A stretch of DNA of 37,322 nucleotides, taken from contig JAAPAO010000347.1 of assembly GCA_013115145.1 (NCBI GenBank), forward strand, positions 1 to 37,322, given 5' to 3'. The notes below the pieces were generated by a model. That model searched no databases, was not told where the DNA came from, and was given only the letters and a program-made list of their open reading frames with translations. A program made the translations under genes and the position numbers. This DNA is from Perkinsus chesapeaki ATCC PRA-425. Lineage: Eukaryota; Protista; Perkinsozoa. Shown piece by piece: positions 33,891-37,322 of this stretch (positions are counted from its first letter, which is position 1; each line of letters opens with the position of its first letter).

Positions 33891-35842
33891 ATGGCCGAGT
33901 GCAGCACGCCATCGACACTATCCGGTATAGAAAGGGATAACACTATGCTAAGATATGCTCCTATAGTTGAAATAAGAGATGACAGCGCGCCACAGAAATG
34001 GTAGGATCGCCTACGTATCTGCATGGATTCACATGTGTGGATCAGGTTTGAGGGATATCTTGCTGATGTTGATGTGGCCAACAAGACGGTACATCATGGA
34101 GTAGATCCTGTGGGCATTGGCTTCCTTCTCAGATCTCAGTCGTGTTTCAAGATGACGTTTGGGGGCCTAAAACCGTCCCCATGTCCCAGGTAAGAAATCG
34201 AACATCGTCTTGCCGATGGCACAGCCCTCCTCAGGCTCGCTTGGCGCCTTCGCTCACCAGCAAGGCTCTCAATTCACCGTATGACTATAGACCTGGCATC
34301 GGGGACACTGTTGAAGTAGAATAATGATATTTCATATCCTCACTTGAGTGTATCTTATCAGGTTCGGTCTCCTGCTACTGGACATGCCCCAGTCAGTTGG
34401 TGGACTGGTGAGGTACTCAGCATTCGAGCAGATGAGTTCTTCTATGTTAAAAATGCGGACCTACACGAGCCTATCATAGTTGAGAGGGCTAATATCCGTC
34501 ACCCTGTGGGGTTTCCCGCTGATGGAAGTGACTCTGGCCGGAGCCAAAGTATGGGTGGGGATGACCGGCTACGATCCTTATCAAGCTTACTATCAGGCTC
34601 GATTAGGCTGGATGATCTTCGCTCGGAGACCGTGAAGATCCCAAAGCTGCTGGGGGAGTGGATCATGAGCGATGATGGACAGGGGTGTCTCAACCAAGTG
34701 GCTATCAAATCGGGCCTACTGAAGGTACTCGGCGAGACGGTCTAAGTTGCTTTGTAGGCTTGCTGTAGATCACTCCGCGAGTGGATTCTAAGACCGGACC
34801 GACAGTAACGCTCATTGGAAACCAGAGGGATATTCATCGTGCAAAACTTCTGCTTGAAGTTCACGTGAAGCATCAGAAGGAGATTCAAGGATTTCATGAG
34901 AAACGCCAGAACATGCTGAATGTAATGTGGCTGGGACCTGGGTGGCTGGGGGGGGATTGCGGCACTTTAGGCACTTTCATCGAGACGGGAGAAATTAGAA
35001 AGTCAGGAGTCTACTTCTTTCAACATAGACTCGAGCTTGGTGGGGGTGATGATTGGAAAGAGTGGAAGCCATATAAACCAAGTCATTAAGGACTACGGCG
35101 TGGAAGTAAATGTCGCCGATAAGGGTACAGCGAGAGAGCCAGACTCAAGAAGGGTTGTAATATATGGTCCGACCGTCGAGGCTGTTAACAAGGCAAGAGC
35201 CGAATTGGAGTATCTTGTGGAAAGGTGGGCTTACTTCGAAATCGGCTTGTTGCAGGACCTCTGTCAGATATCCGATACCACCAGATTGCATTGGTTGGGT
35301 AATCGGTAAACGATTCACTACTTTGCACGAAATCGCTGATTCCGCTCATTTGAACTACGCAAGGCTTGATGAGTCCTCCTCCGACTCGCCGTGTCTTGTC
35401 ATATGCGGGAGAAGGCAGGACTTAGACGATGCCAGGCTGCTATTGGATAGCCATCTCCAGTATCATGACGTGTTCGAGGATATGGCCAAGGAGTCTCGCG
35501 AGCTCGGTGATGAGTTCAATCGGCTTGGCGATGCCTCAGGGATTCGCCGAGGAAAGGGCAAAGGTGAGCTGTGCTGCATAGTATTGCTCCAGATTGTGAA
35601 TTTCAGGCAAGGGTAAGGGCGCCGGTGGCAAGGGACGAAGTCAGGGAGCCCGCGCTGGTAGTGCATCGGAGTCGACGAACGGAGCCTCAAATGGAAACAG
35701 TCGAGGCGGACCTGGTCGTTCAGGCCGGCCGCGAAAAGGATCGGATGGCGGAAAGGGCTCTAGTGGTCGCAGCAGGAAGTGGGTGCAAGTGAACAAGGAG
35801 GAGACTCTGCCGGCTAAGAGCGAGGCTTTATCAGCGAGCTAA
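33891..35842 (+). CDS. FMR1: FMRP/FXR-family RNA-binding protein (Agenet-Agenet-KH0-KH1-KH2-Gly/Lys/Arg tail), multi-exon
   Basis: Agenet 1: IVEIRD..WFEGYLADVD..ISVVFQDDVWGPKTVPMSQ. Agenet 2: GDTVEV..PVSWWTGEVLSIRADEFFYV..IIVERANIR. KH0: TVTLIGNQRDIHRAKLLLEVH. KH1: LVGVMIGKSGSHINQV..VVIYGPTVEAVNKARAELEY. KH2: IPPDCIGWVIGKRFTTLHEI..LDDARLLLDSHLQY. All are colinear with human FMRP. The symbol denotes the family, not established orthology. Confidence 0.85.
34933..34955 (+). other. G-quadruplex-type motif GGGACCTGGGTGGCTGGGGGGGG in the 49-nt intron 34922-34970
   Basis: Matches G3-N1-7 x4 when the G8 run is split into two tracts. Folding is not demonstrated. Confidence 0.5.
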
Positions 35843-36984
35843 CTGATCTATTCTGAGATGATCATTAGCCATTCCACCGGGCCGCTGTGACCCTTGTATA
35901 TTTACCCTGCTGTTCGAGGTTAAGTCCGGCTCATGCTGTCTAGCGTCGAGCCATCCTGATTGTTTTGTGCTGCTGCTGCTGTTGTAGCACGCCATCACAC
36001 ATATGCGTCTTGTTTGATAGTATATCGAGATTTCTCGACTTAAACCAGTTGGAACAAGCGGCAATTAGTTTATTTATACCGTGCTGCTACCTTCATTGGA
36101 CCTAGCGTATTTAAATAGGCAAGTGACAGCTAGCTACTAGGTGTTGAGTTCATCACAGTTGCAAGTAAACAACTCGATTGCGGGGGGAGTGTTCAGCACT
36201 AGACACTGCGGAATTAAAAGTAGTTGTACGCCGCCTGTGCTGAGACTGGTCTGCACATAATCATTCACGAACGTACTCGACCAAGTGAAACTTGTATATA
36301 TACATCGGAACGGCGCTCGAACATCCTCCTCCACTTCTGACCTAGCCGGACACAGAAAACCCGCTCTTTTTAACTGAACCAACGGGGTGTTACTCGGAGA
36401 TGGCAGACTAATGGCCAGAGGAAAGAGTGGGCAAACACCTTAACAATCGCAGTCCAACGTTGCGAAGTTTGACAAATCTAGGAATAAGCTCAGTGGCGGT
36501 CCGGGGCCCGGAGTTCGGACTACTCTGGCATTGTTCCATGGGCAGGCAGCAACTCCACGGCAGATCTGTGTCTCGTCTTGCAAGTACAAGAAACATGAAT
36601 GGTGTTCATTGTCCAGAGTGAGATAGGGGAAGGGGTAAATTATACTCCTTGCCTTCACTCTATTATACTGTATAATACATAAAGCTGCTGAACCTATTTG
36701 CGACAAATCATCAGTTGCTACCTTGGCTCCGATATGCACGGTGTTCTGGGATAGCGAAGATATCAAACGGGCCAAGTAGCAGCACTGTTATCTCCGGGTA
36801 GATCACGTTTCTAGCGATCGGGATGAGGTAAAATTATCAGATCGTTGGCAGGGACACAGTTCCCCTGTCGCTTGCAATGCGTGACGTTCATACATGTACT
36901 GCCGTTACCGACTGCTCACTCAACAGCAGTGTAGGGCGAGACGCTCATAATAGTTACATGAAAGCTCGTGGAGTAATTGCCTCT

Positions 36985-37322
36985 ATGTTATATCGCACAC
37001 AGTACTACATTCTGCTTGCCTGCTGCTTACTCGTGAGGCTTTCTTTACCACCTCTGCCGCCTGGGACGGTGGACTTTCTAAACAAACTGGCTGAGAACCG
37101 CTCTTTGGTGGAGTTGGTATTTGATGGTCAGCGAGTGAGAGTCCTCCCCGATACCGGCGGGTCCAAAACTTATGCCCTGTACGAGGATGCATTTGGGGCA
37201 TCGAAATGCCGTACCTTCGCTGCTGGTTGTTACTCTTGTCTCGGTGATTCTTGTGCAGAGAGCAGCAAAATAAACCGGACTACCAGATTTGCAGATGGAA
37301 CTGCTTTCACCTACTTCCGCCA
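36985..37322 (+). CDS. Pepsin-like (A1) aspartic protease, N-terminal part; runs off the window end (absent from the ORF track)
   Basis: MLYRTQYYILLACCLLVRLSL signal-like peptide, LVELVFDGQRVRVLPDTGGSKTY first catalytic motif, Cys cluster CxxxxxGCYSCxxxSC, and flap-like TRFADG. Confidence 0.8.
   Translation, partial: MLYRTQYYILLACCLLVRLSLPPLPPGTVDFLNKLAENRSLVELVFDGQRVRVLPDTGGSKTYALYEDAFGASKCRTFAAGCYSCLGDSCAESSKINRTTRFADGTAFTYFR

Noticed and set aside
36137-36775. Minus-strand ORFs of 62-111 aa between the FMRP-like and protease genes
   Set aside because: No motif and no frame-consistent splice chain found. Cannot be supported as a gene.
1-37322. Window as a circular element, because it starts and ends in halves of a pepsin gene
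   Set aside because: The two halves are not contiguous (a substantial part of the N-terminal lobe is missing between them) and the content is ordinary chromosomal genes. Paralogy explains it.

Overview
Eukaryotic, intron-rich, gene-dense protist DNA at roughly 48-50% GC (estimated by eye), with one N-gap. The many 39-50 nt GT-AG introns, an alveolate-type mitochondrial uL11, pepsin-like protease paralogues and GKGKG low-complexity tails best fit a Perkinsus-like alveolate (inference). There are no prokaryotic features and no CRISPR, rRNA or tRNA. Gene order: 3' half of a pepsin-like protease; small unknown genes; an exportin-5-like karyopherin (-); two putative secreted proteins; an ARM-like protein; a membrane-anchored LRR protein; three tandem ACC-synthase-like PLP enzymes (-); unknown genes; mitochondrial uL11; a stand-alone MenC; a Zn-ribbon/coiled-coil protein; a ~2.9 kb poorly coding zone; a complete FMRP/FXR-architecture gene; and the 5' part of a second pepsin-like protease. 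Gene models were spliced by hand, so exon ends are approximate where stated. The most unusual signals are four. (1) Ten different perfect inverted repeats with arms of at least 7 bp and a 1-nt centre lie within 1.9 kb upstream of the FMRP-like gene. (2) Two intronic minisatellites in one ACS-like gene share a core in opposite orientation and bracket an in-frame exon block. (3) The tandem ACS-like paralogues differ by six precise intron presences/absences. (4) An FMRP-like gene outside animals has a degenerate KH2 loop and a G-quadruplex-type motif in the intron just before KH1.
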